The notes under the pieces: model-generated
Database searches by the model: none
What the model was told of the DNA's origin: nothing
The model's input: only the letters and a program-made list of their open reading frames with translations
Made by a program: the position numbers and the translations under genes
Origin: Octopus bimaculoides
Lineage: Eukaryota
Direction: 5' to 3'
Assembly: GCF_001194135.2 (NCBI RefSeq)
Contig: NC_068985.1
Location: 105,560,306 to 105,610,669, forward strand
Length of the DNA stretch: 50,364 nt
Shown: one piece after another, positions 12,186-22,370 of the stretch
Layout: each line of letters starts with the position of its first letter
Numbering within the stretch: position 1 is the stretch's first letter

Positions 12186-12295
12186 ATTTGCTTGGATTCA
12201 AATTCAATCTGCTGTCACTCCTCACTGAAGATCTGTCTTCTTTAGTGCTGATGAAGAAAGCTTCGTGAATTTAGAAATATTTGTATAGGATTCCG

Positions 12296-12668
12296 GCCCA
12301 ACACCAGGGGAGAGGGGTAAATCGATATTATCGACCCCAGTAATTGATGGCTATTTCATTTTATCGCCCATGCCCTTCAGGAAGGGAGATGGCACTGAGC
12401 GGCACTGTCCCCTCATTATTCAATGGTGCACCCTTAGATTTGCAGTAATACACTTATTTCGAAACTCTAGTAGCATTATTACAAATTATTCCCCACCCAG
12501 AATATTCCGAAGCACCCCCCAGTCACAAAAGTCTGGCAACAGGTTTGTTATCGACCCCACCAAAGGATAAAAGTTAAAGTTGGCATTGATGGGATTCGAA
12601 CTCAGAGCCAGAAGAAATACCGCAAAGGGTATGTATTCAACACCAATCATTCTGCCAACACGCCGCCT
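12296..12668 (-). mobile_element. SINE family A split by a ~178-bp insertion (12370-12547)
   Basis: Halves join at the duplicated ttatcg(a)ccc. Confidence 0.6.
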
Positions 12669-12934
12669 TGACAAATTTAGTAATAATGACTTCTAACTTT
12701 ACCACAAGGTCACACAAATTTATGGAGAAGGGCATTGCTGCGTTTATCGAATCCGTACTTGACTGGTGTGACGCCCCCACCTCCACTTATCCATCTACCC
12801 ACCTACAAACTCATCAAGAAGAAGAAGAAGAAGGACTACAGCAGCAATAACAACTATTTAAGTTTTTTTAAACATGATGTTCAAATGTATGTTTTCAACA
12901 TTAAAAACTCTTGTTTTATGAATGCGTCCGTCCA

Positions 12935-12966
<32 letters not shown>

Positions 12967-13415
12967 TGTGCGCGCGCGTACAGAAAGCGGGATAGAAACA
13001 CGCATATGCACAAGCACACACACACTCAAATATACGTACACACACACTCAAATATACATACACACACACATGTATTTATATAAACACATGTATATGGATA
13101 GTATGTGTACAATATAAATACATGAATACACACACAACTCCACACAACACACACACACACGTGCGTGCGCTTGTGTATTCGTGCCTGACTGTATGAGTAT
13201 ATATACATATCTCTCTTACCCTCTCTCTTTCTTTCCCTTTCTCTCTCTTTCTCTCTTCCCATTATACAACAGGTTTCACAAACTTAACCTAATTCTCTTT
13301 CATTCTCTCTCTCTCCCTGTCTCTCTCTTTCTCTTTTTCACTCTCACTCTCTCCCCCCCTCTCTCTCTAAGTATTTCATGGCTGACTGAAACACAAAATG
13401 AATGTAATATCTCAT

Positions 13416-13451
<36 letters not shown>

Positions 13452-13696
13452 ATCTATCTATCTCACTCTGCACCATCATCATGTCACCACTATTACAAGC
13501 CAACAAAGGAGTCGTTGACCGACTGGCTAGAAATACCAGCCAACTTTCATTCAAATCACATCCTTATTACACTGGATAATGTAGCATAGGTACACCATCG
13601 ATTTTCCAGAACCTTGGCTTTCAAAATGATTCCAGATTACTGATTTTTCTGAACCAGTGGTGGTTACACTATAAATTAAGAGAATATTAAATTTTC

Positions 13697-14090
13697 GCGG
13701 CTATGTGGTAAGAAGTTTGCTTCCCAACTGCATGATTCCGGGTTCAGTCTCACTGCGTGGCACATAGGCAAGTGTCTTCTACTACCACCTCAGGGCGACC
13801 AAAATCTTGTTGGTGGATTTGGTATATGGACACTGTAATGAAGCCTGTCGTATATACATGTGTGAGTGCCTTTGTGTCTGTGTTTGCTCCCAATACCGCT
13901 TCACAACCAGTGTTGATGTGTTTACGTCCCCGTAACCTCGCGGTTTGGCAAAATGGATTGATGAAGTAAGTATCTCGCTTTAAAAGTAATAAATACTGGG
14001 GGTGATTTATTCGAACAAAATTCTACACGGCGGTGCCCCAGCATTGTTGCAGTTTAATGATTAAAACGAGTAAAAAGGGAATAAGAAATA
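13697..14090 (+). mobile_element. SINE family B, diverged near-full copy
   Basis: gctatgtggtaagaagtttgcttcccaac..ggttcagtc..ggcaagtgtcttctac..tttacgtccccgtaac..ggtgccccagcat. Confidence 0.85.
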
Positions 14091-14517
14091 AAACGATAAT
14101 TGGAATACAGTAACTGTACATTAGTATAAATGGTATAAGTTTATTAATACTTCACTGTGCAAGACAGAGGCATAGCTAATAGGGGAGCAAGAGGAACGGC
14201 CGCTCCCCACGAGCACATTTTTCAAAACCGGCGTCTTTTCAACAATTTTTTTTTTTTTTTACTCTTTAGTTCACTTGAGCGATAAGAGTCGAATCTGTTT
14301 TTGTTAATCGCATGGTATTGGAAGAACTTTCTGCGGTCTTTACTTTATTTGACCAAGCTCCCGTGTTTTTGAACTTTCTGCTCAATCTCCTGTGATACGT
14401 TGATGGCCGCTGAAATCTGAAGAATCAAAACCAACCGTGACGTCATAACCTCTCGACCCTGGGCGATCCCGTGTAGTTTCATCTTTTATTCACGTCACAC
14501 CTATATCAGTACGTAGT

Positions 14518-15491
14518 TGTAAGTTTCTTACATGATGACATTGTTACTGAATCATAAAATTGATGAATTACAATTACAATTATAACATACAATTACGTAT
14601 ATTATAACGAAGAGGAGTAAATGAGGGTGTGTGAAGAATAATTATACGACTTGAAATGAAATGAACTGATAAGCGACGATTTATTCTCCGTTATAAAATG
14701 CAATGATTACTATACATGAAATAAAATAACATAACAGGTTACAACAAGGATGTGTAAAAAATTTCGTGGTTAGGCTAGACTGATCTTATAGACAAAGTTG
14801 ACGTACTGGTTGGTGGTGTGCAGAGGCAGCCGTTGGTCTGTTGGTCGTGTAGTGTTTGTAGCCTACGACTCAAGGGAAACTTCTCTGTCTCTCTTTCTCT
14901 CTCTCTCTCTGTTATATATATACATAAATACGGACGTAGTGGATAACAGCTAGCTTTCGCCCGCACCTTTGGACCCTGTTGTGTCCACTACTCTGATTGG
15001 TTGGTATTGGCGCAATTTGTTTTCTGCTCTATTGCGCGCCAAGATGCAACCCAACCAATCGCAGCTTTCAGATAAGGTCACATGAGACAGTATTTTCTAA
15101 ACTTCTGGTGAGCCGACAGAATGTTATAAAAGCCAGCGTCTCACCGTTCCATATGTCATTCGGCTCCAGACCTTCTGAGGTCTAGTCACTGACCTCACTA
15201 CAATGACCATACAACAATGATGTAGACAGGCGTCTGGTGGAGATGAAAGCGGAGACTGGCTGATGTCAGAACATCGTTGCCGGAGACGAGTTGCGTATGG
15301 TCAGTGGCAAGTGCCAAAGACCTAGAACAGTCGAGATCTGTCTTTCTTATAGGGAATAGTAGGCTCCCAGAAGTTGGTGATTAATTTCCCGCGTAAGGAA
15401 AAATAAACTGTTGTACAAACACGATTGGACAGCTGAAAACCGACCAATACAAACAACAGGTTCGTTTAATCACACAATCACTTCTGCTACA
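14518..15491. mobile_element. LTR-like repeat(s), unclassified
   Basis: CCAAT-type boxes (~14995-15060), TATAAAA (~15125), AATAAA (~15403), inverted gtttgtagc/gctacaaac at 14854/15486; no TSD found. Confidence 0.35.
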
Positions 15492-15944
15492 AACTAATGA
15501 AATATTTCGTGTAATATAAGAGAAATGAGTTTAAGATTATTTGGTATGTATCACGATGCCATTTTTTAATGTGCTCGCTCCCCTAACTTTAGAACTTGGC
15601 TACACTACAGATGCAAACCACTTGTCTGCGCAAGCTGCTAGTCTGTGTAAGGTACCAGTAAACTAGTGTGGTGGCTGCGAGAATTTGCAGCTCCTGATCG
15701 TGCATTAGTGCGGATTTTGAGAGGTTCCAGGTAATCAGTGTCCGGAATGTTGGTGTTGTATCTGTAATGTGGTTTAGGGTACATAATGCCTTTAGAAAAA
15801 ATTTTAAAACCAAAACAGGTTACTCATAACTAGAATTTCTCTGATCGCAGGCCTGCTCGGACAATGGAAAACCAGTGGCAAAACTGCATTAACAACAACC
15901 ACTACCAGTACTAACACCACTAGCACATTCACTACTATTATTAT

Positions 15945-16582
15945 TGGTTTCAATTTTTTGGCACAAGGCCAGCAAATTCGACTCCAGTGCTCAACTGGTA
16001 CTTGTTTTATCGAACTCGAAAGTATGAAAAACAAAGTTGACCACTGCTATTATTATTAACAACATAGAATCTGGTTAGCTGTCAGAATCGCTACTGTACT
16101 GGAAAAAATACTTTGCGACATATGATCGGCTCAATTCAAATGCCATCGTGGTCAGCTTTGCATTTCATCCTTTCAAAGTCGATAAAATAAGTATCACTTG
16201 AGCATTAGAGTCGATATAACCGACTTCCCTTCCAGCCAAAATTTCAGGTCTTGTGCCTTATAACAGAAAGAATAATTAATGGTATCAAATTTTGCCACAA
16301 TATCGGCAATTTTGGGGGAAGGGATGAGTCGATTACATCGACCCCAGTGTTCAACTGGTTCTTATTTTATCGACCCCCAAAATTGCTTCACTGGGCCGAA
16401 ATTAGAAACAATTGTTATGAATAACACAATACCATTAATAGGCGGCAAGTTGGCAGAATTTTTAGCATGCCGGGCGAAATGCTTAGCGATATTTCGTCCA
16501 AGTCAACTTTCCCATCCATCCTTTCAGGGTCGATTAAAATAAGTACCAGTTGAACACTGGAGGTCGATGTAATCGACTTAAC
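15945..16582. mobile_element. Cluster of four SINE A pieces in alternating orientation (-,+,-,+)
   Basis: 15945-16045 (-), 16068-16268 (+), 16283-16382 (-), 16440-16582 (+). Confidence 0.8.
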
Positions 16583-17529
16583 TACGCCTGGGTTAGAGTA
16601 TAAAACTGTACCCCTCTGCCAATCTATGTCGGGCCAGTGTGGAAGAGTACTCTCTCAAACCAGTATGATCTGTTGATAGAGAGAACATGCTGAGGCCTTC
16701 ATCTTGCAGTGGACTGGATATTGGTAATCCAATCCAAATCATTCATAACATATCGAGTGAACCTCTCTACACAACTACTCAAACTGGTAGAAACATCAGC
16801 CAGATCTTACTCAAATCATTTCCTCATCTTGAAAAGAAAAGCATACACACACACGTATGCTCATACACATTAGATTGTACTCCTATTCAGCGATGGAAAT
16901 GGAGAGGTACGCTGAAGTGAAGGACAATAATTCCTACTTTTTAATTCAGGAGGAGGGGATGCAATACCCAGTGATGCCACCAGAGTGTGTGCCACCCGTA
17001 GCAGCCCTTCAGCTTTCTACCATCATCACCACTACTACCTCCGGGCCAGAGCAGCCTATACAAGCTTATATAACAGACCCAAAAGTACGATCCCCATAAA
17101 ATCGTCACATGAGGCCGACCGTCCCCTTGCCACCACTACTCCTTCCCTAGCCTTGCTACTGCATATAGCGTCTAAACCCACACCGTGTCAATCTCAACCT
17201 CAGCTTCACGGACATTAGAGTACCGCGAGTTTCTAAAACCCATTCCCCTAAAAAGACGAGATGTTCTTGACTGGAATACCTTAGATAAGTGGTTCTTGAC
17301 CATTTTTTTCTCTTTTTTTTTTGTAGCGCCCCGTCCCATCCTAAAAGGGGGCACTAAGCACAACAACCACTTATGCTTAGTGTCCCGTTTTAAGTAGCTG
17401 TTATGCTTAGCGCCCACCTAAGTGGCGAATGAGATGTCATAACTAATCTAACTTAACGTAAATGATATTTGTGTGTATGTGTATAGTATACTATTTGTAT
17501 ATGTGCGCGCTCGCGTGTGTTATATACTA

Positions 17530-17765
17530 TATATGTGTATGTGTGTGTGTGAGCGTTCATGTCCTTGCGTTTGTCCCTCTACCACTTCATAACCGCTGAG
17601 GGTTTGTTTGCGTCGTCGGCGAGAAGAAACCGATGCCGTAAGTACCAAAATTAAAATAAATACTGGAGTCGATTTGTTTGATTAAACCCTTGAAGATGGT
17701 GTTCCAGTATGGCGGCAGTCAAATGACTTGAAACAAATAAAAGAATAAAAGAGTAAAAGAGTATT
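17530..17765 (+). mobile_element. SINE family B, 3' half
   Basis: Ends ggtgttccagtatggcggcagtcaaatgacttgaaacaaataaaagaataaaag. Confidence 0.75.
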
Positions 17766-17940
17766 AATGACGATGCAGAGGGTTTTCTAAAATGCACATT
17801 GTAATGTCTATAAATAAGCTACCAGTCAAAGATGTAGTCGACTAACATTCCTTGAATTTCAGGTCCTGTGCCTATGTTAGAAGCAGTTATTTTAGAGATA
17901 TATTATTTTAGAGGGAGGAGGGTTAGCAGAATGGAAACAA

Positions 17941-18150
17941 AAGGCGGCGAGCTGGCAGACACGTTAGAACGCCGGGCGAGATGCTTAGCCGTATTTCGTC
18001 TGCCGTTACGTTCTGAGTTCAAATTCCGCCGAGGTCGACTTTGCCTTTCATCCTTTCGGAGTCGATAAATTAAGTACCATTTATGCACTGGGGTCAATGT
18101 AATCGACTTAATCCCTTTGCCTGTTCTTGTTTGTCCCCTCTATGTTTAGA
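17941..18150 (+). mobile_element. SINE family A, best-preserved copy
   Basis: ggcggcgagctggcagacacgttagaacgccgggcgagatgcttagc..gagttcaaattccgccgaggtcgactttgcctttcatcctttcggagtcgataaattaagtacc. Pol III A/B-box-like head. Confidence 0.9.
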
Positions 18151-18536
18151 GTTCATATTCCTCCCAGATTAACTTTGCTCCTTTCATCCTTTTGAGGTCG
18201 ATCAATTAAAGTACCAGTCAAGTACTGGTGACGACGTAATCGATAAACATCCATTCTTCGCAACTGCTGGCTTAGTGCTTAAATCAGAAACAATTGTATG
18301 TTAAAATCACTTATATATGTCTTTAGTAAACGCACGTTAAGGTAAAACACAATAGCTTAACATGAACAAGGCCACGGGGTGGTTGCCCAGGTTACAAAAT
18401 TTCAAAAGCAAAGGTAATAAAATAGTAATAACAAACAATAAAAACAGCGCGCCTTCTGCCTCACACAGAAAATACTTGCCTTGCCTTGAGCGCTGGCAGC
18501 CCATACCACACTACTGCTTGAACCACATGGTTTCCA

Positions 18537-18585
<49 letters not shown>

Positions 18586-18839
18586 ACTCACTCTCTCTCT
18601 CTAGCAAAAGAATGAGACAGACATTGCTAGTTTTGGGTTGTTTTATTTTACTGCTTCAAGGCTCGGTTATTCATTTCTATAACCACAGAGAAAACAATAG
18701 GTATTTATGCAAATTGGGGCAGAGAGGCTTAGTTATATCAAAGTCACTGTATACTATAAGTAACTGCAGCTCGTTATTTTCTCTGGGCTTAGGAATATGA
18801 ATAACAGATCTCTGACAAAGAAGTAATAAATACTGAAAC

Positions 18840-18965
18840 ATAGGGTGACGGATTGGCAGAGACGTTTCAGCGTTGATTAGAATGCTCCGCAGCGTTTGTT
18901 CCGAATCTCTGCGCTCTCAGTTCGAATCCGATCGAGGTCAACTTTGCCTTTAGAGCGGGGGATTG
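18840..18965 (+). mobile_element. SINE family A 5' fragment
   Basis: ggtgacggattggcagagacgtt..gttcgaatcc..gaggtcaactttgccttt. Confidence 0.7.
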
Positions 18966-18971
18966 ATGGAA

Positions 18972-19420
18972 CTATTAGAGGACCAGGCACAATGGAGTAC
19001 TGCATCCACATCTCTGACAGTGATCCTCTGCAGGCAGACACACTGGATCGCATCCAGAGGTGTACAACTTGGCTGATTTGCGTTCCATCACTAACGGACA
19101 ACTTCCAGCCCCTTGTCCACAGGCATACAATCTCTTCTCTCCGTCTTTTTTATCGCTATTTATCGCTATTTTAATTACCTCTGCTCTTTAAGCTGGCTTG
19201 TCTTGTATTTCCACCACTCAGGCATCTTCACTCCACTCATCTCTCCATTTCACGTTACCTATGATTCGTCCAACTCGCTTTTCTCCGCACTCTCCACTAC
19301 TCACAATCCTTCATCCTAAGAGCATTATTCCTCTAGAATCTCCTCCCTGTTCATGTCTTTCCTGCAGGTGCTGACCTGTATCAGTTCAAACAGAACGTTG
19401 GCGGCATCAGTCTCACCAAT
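18972..19420 (+). pseudogene. CR1-group LINE ORF2 C-terminal remnant
   Basis: IRGPGTMEYCIHI..LDRIQR..NFQPLVHRHTISSLRLFYRY, then in shifted frames HYSQSFIPR..LLPVHVFP..LYQFKQNV. Matches the post-RT region of CR1-group ORF2 (RPxMEYC..LQPLSHRRxVxSLSLFYRY). Confidence 0.75.
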
Positions 19421-19534
19421 TTCGAAGGACCCGCAAGGATCATGGACTCCGTCCCTTCCTCCTGATTCAACAAATTAAAAACATTTATATCTATCCAAGT
19501 GTTGGTGGCCTTTCCCTTCTGATAAATATTGATT

Positions 19535-19742
19535 TCAAACTTTGGTACAAGACCAGCAACTTTGGAATATAGGGTAACTCGATTACATAGACCCCAGTGC
19601 TCAACTGGCACTTATTTCATTGACCCCGAAAGGATGAAAGACAAATCTGACCTCGGCGGAATTTGAATTCAGAACGTAAGACGGACAAAATGCCGTTTAG
19701 CTTCTTACCTGGCGTGCTAACGATTCTGCCAGCACGCCGCCT
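19535..19742 (-). mobile_element. SINE family A
   Basis: gaccccgaaaggatgaaagacaaatctgacctcggcggaatttgaattcagaacgt..ctgccagcacgccgcc. Confidence 0.9.
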
Positions 19743-20367
19743 TCCTCTTGAAATAAATATCAATTATGTGAAGACAGGAGAATTGCATTCTTCGTAAAGA
19801 GCCCAGGCCTGTATATAGATATACAGATGCATGATAAACATTCACCGATGAAGACTATTTAAACGTTTTAACTAGACAGACTGTCCACTTTTGTTTTCAA
19901 GTCAGATAGGAAACATGTAATTTAAACATGGTGTGGGCTTTTCTCGGTGAAGCCACAAACGCGACTAAAGTCACACACCCGGAAGTTTACCGTACAACTC
20001 GGTTTACCAAGACGCCGTGTAGTGCGTCTATTATTTAACTAAGACCATTGTCATTAACACTACTAGCAACACCAACAACAACATTAGCAACAACGACAGC
20101 AACAGCAATAACAACATTTGATTGCGATCCTTACCCTTATAGTCTTCTTTAACGTCAAAATTCAGCCATATGCAACTACCTCCATCTTTTACTGAAGCAT
20201 CCTTCGTCTCTCATCTGACTAGAAATTAACTTTCAAAATACACTCCCGCCCAATTTCTCTAACCCCATTCTCGTTTTTATTGATTTTTCTTTTCTCAATA
20301 TATTATAAAAACACTTTGAGCAGACTATCTATCCATACATAAACATACAGACACACAGGCCTACACG

Positions 20368-20406
<39 letters not shown>

Positions 20407-20599
20407 NNNNNNNNNNNNNNNNNNNNNNNNNNNNNNNNNNNNNNNNNNNNNNNNNNNNNNNNNNNNNNNNNNNNNNNNNNNNNNNNNNNNNNNNNNNNNN
20501 NNNNNNNNNNNNNNNNNNNNNNNNNNNNNNNNNNNNNNNNNNNNNNNNNNNNNNNNNNNNNNNNNNNNNNNNNNNNNNNNNNNNTATATATATATATAT

Positions 20600-20800
20600 G
20601 TTAGTGCTTGTTATGAAGGCAATAAACGAAAATAAAGAAAAAATACGACACAGAAGGGACAAGTTTTTCAAAGATGTGTATTACTTTAACGCTTGAAATG
20701 GAAGGGGCATGCCTTAACGTTTTGGATGTTATTCCTTCATCAGGAGAAAAGTATAACAGAACAGTAAAAAAGATTGTGAAAAGGAGAAAGTGGTTTAGAA
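20600..20800 (-). mobile_element. Penelope-like element terminal remnant with degenerate minimal hammerhead
   Basis: Minus strand ctcCTGATGAaggaataacatccAAAACGTtaagg (20712-20746), typical PLE end layout. Confidence 0.45.
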
Positions 20801-20804
20801 GAGG

Positions 20805-21138
20805 GAACAACCTGCTCGTGAAATTAACGTGCAAGTGGCTGAGCACTCCACATACACATGTACCCTTAACGTAGTTCTCGGGGAGATTCAGCATGACGCA
20901 GAGTGTGGCAAGGCTGGCCCTTTGAAATACAAGTACAACAGAAACAGGAAGAAAGAGTGAGAGAAAATTGTGGAGAAAGAGTACAGCAGGGTTCACCACC
21001 CACCCACCCCTGCCGGAGCCTCATGGAGGTTTAGGTGTTTTCGCTCAATAAATACTCACAACTCCCTGTCTGGGAATCGAAACCGCGATCCTACGACCGC
21101 GAGTCCGATGCCTTAACCACTAGGCCATTGCGCCTCCA
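20805..21138 (-). mobile_element. tRNA(Arg-like) SINE with Deu/Nin-like domain
   Basis: Head and body shared with 6781-7086; 3' domain shared with 48352-48480. Confidence 0.85.
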
Positions 21139-21502
21139 TATAGGTACATACATACATACATACATACATACATACATACATACATACATACACACGTATG
21201 AAGTACAGCTATGACCAAGAACAATAGCCTCTCCAAATATTTTCTTCACAAAGAGAAATTCAATATAGCAATTGTTCACTGTAGCACATATTTTGATATA
21301 AAATATTTTACGAATATGTGTACGAATTAAATAGCATTTAACATTATAATAACATTTAAAAGCTGCCTACGCGTGGGGATAAATTGCGAAACGGAATAAA
21401 GGAATACAGAATTAATAATTCAAAGTATAGAAAAACAATAACCGTAGCTGGAATATGAAAATATTCTGAATGGAAAAAAAAAAGAAGAAATTAGTATTTA
21501 AC

Positions 21503-21640
21503 AATAGGCGCAGGTATGCCTGTGCGGTTAAAATGCTCGCCTTGCAACCGGCTTTGGGTTCAGTCCAACAATGTGACTCTATGAGTAAGTGTCTTTTACT
21601 ATTCCTCCGGACCGACCAATGCCTTGTGAGTAAATTTGAT
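21503..21640 (+). mobile_element. SINE family B 5' fragment
   Basis: ggcgcaggtatgcctgtgcggtt..gggttcagtcc..agtgtcttttac..gaccgaccaatgccttgtgagt. Confidence 0.75.
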
Positions 21641-21709
21641 AGATTTCTATGATGAAAACATACATACTGACAGACAAATAAGTCCGGAATATGCCGAGGT
21701 CGTGTCATG

Positions 21710-21762
21710 TCTTTACTGATGAGGCAACGGAAATTGCCGAAACTGACCTGTCAGTATGAGGA
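21710..21762 (+). ncRNA. Type I hammerhead ribozyme motif (diverged copy)
   Basis: TCTTTA-CTGATGA-GGCAA(CGGAAA)TTGCC-GAAA-CTGA(CCTG)TCAG-TA|TGAGGA. Intact core, GUA triplet, stem I with two G.U pairs. Confidence 0.75.
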
Positions 21763-21965
21763 ATTCTTGAACGGTGTTCTCTGGCGATTACAGTCCCTGT
21801 CAATGTATATGTATGCAATTATGTGTTTTGACTACGGCGTTAGAGCATTTTAGCTCTTATTTCTAGCAATGTAGATGTCTCTAACACACTAGTTACAATT
21901 AGTGACAATTATAGTTTTCCTTTTTGGCAAAATATTGCTGGCTGCTGTCTATATAAACATTCTGT

Positions 21966-22013
<48 letters not shown>

Positions 22014-22315
22014 GAAATTTATAGAAAAGCAAAAGACGAGGACAGGTGTATGAACAACAAGCAGAAGTATTAGCTTGACGCTTGGGGAAATGAAAAGGTC
22101 TTTTATGTTTTGAGCCTTCAACAGAAAGGAATAAGAGAAAATAAACAGAAAGATAACGAAAAAATATTGTAGATTTAGCGACCAATAAAGATAGGAGTCA
22201 AACGAACCCCTAAGCCACGTAGAGGTCACTTAAAACAAGCATGGTGAAAGGCGGGTGGTGAAAAACAATTTTGTGTCTTATTTCTGCGAAAAACGCAATG
22301 AGAAATGGCAGATAA

Positions 22316-22370
22316 CTTAGAATCGATTTCTGGATTTTCGCCAGAGGGCGCTTGTCCTTCATCAGCTAAG
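22316..22370 (-). ncRNA. Minimal type I hammerhead-like motif (PLE type)
   Basis: CTTAG-CTGATGA-a-GGA..TCC-a-GAAA-TCGA-TT|CTAAG. Perfect 5-bp stem I, palindromic ATCGAT stem III, non-canonical base of stem II. Confidence 0.5.

Noticed and set aside
12226-12290. CTGATGAAG...GAAATATT hammerhead-like words
   Set aside because: Stems I and II do not pair convincingly.
14165-14215. hAT-like 5' terminus cagaggcatagc..ggggagcaagaggaacggccgctcccc
   Set aside because: No matching 3' TIR or TSD found nearby.
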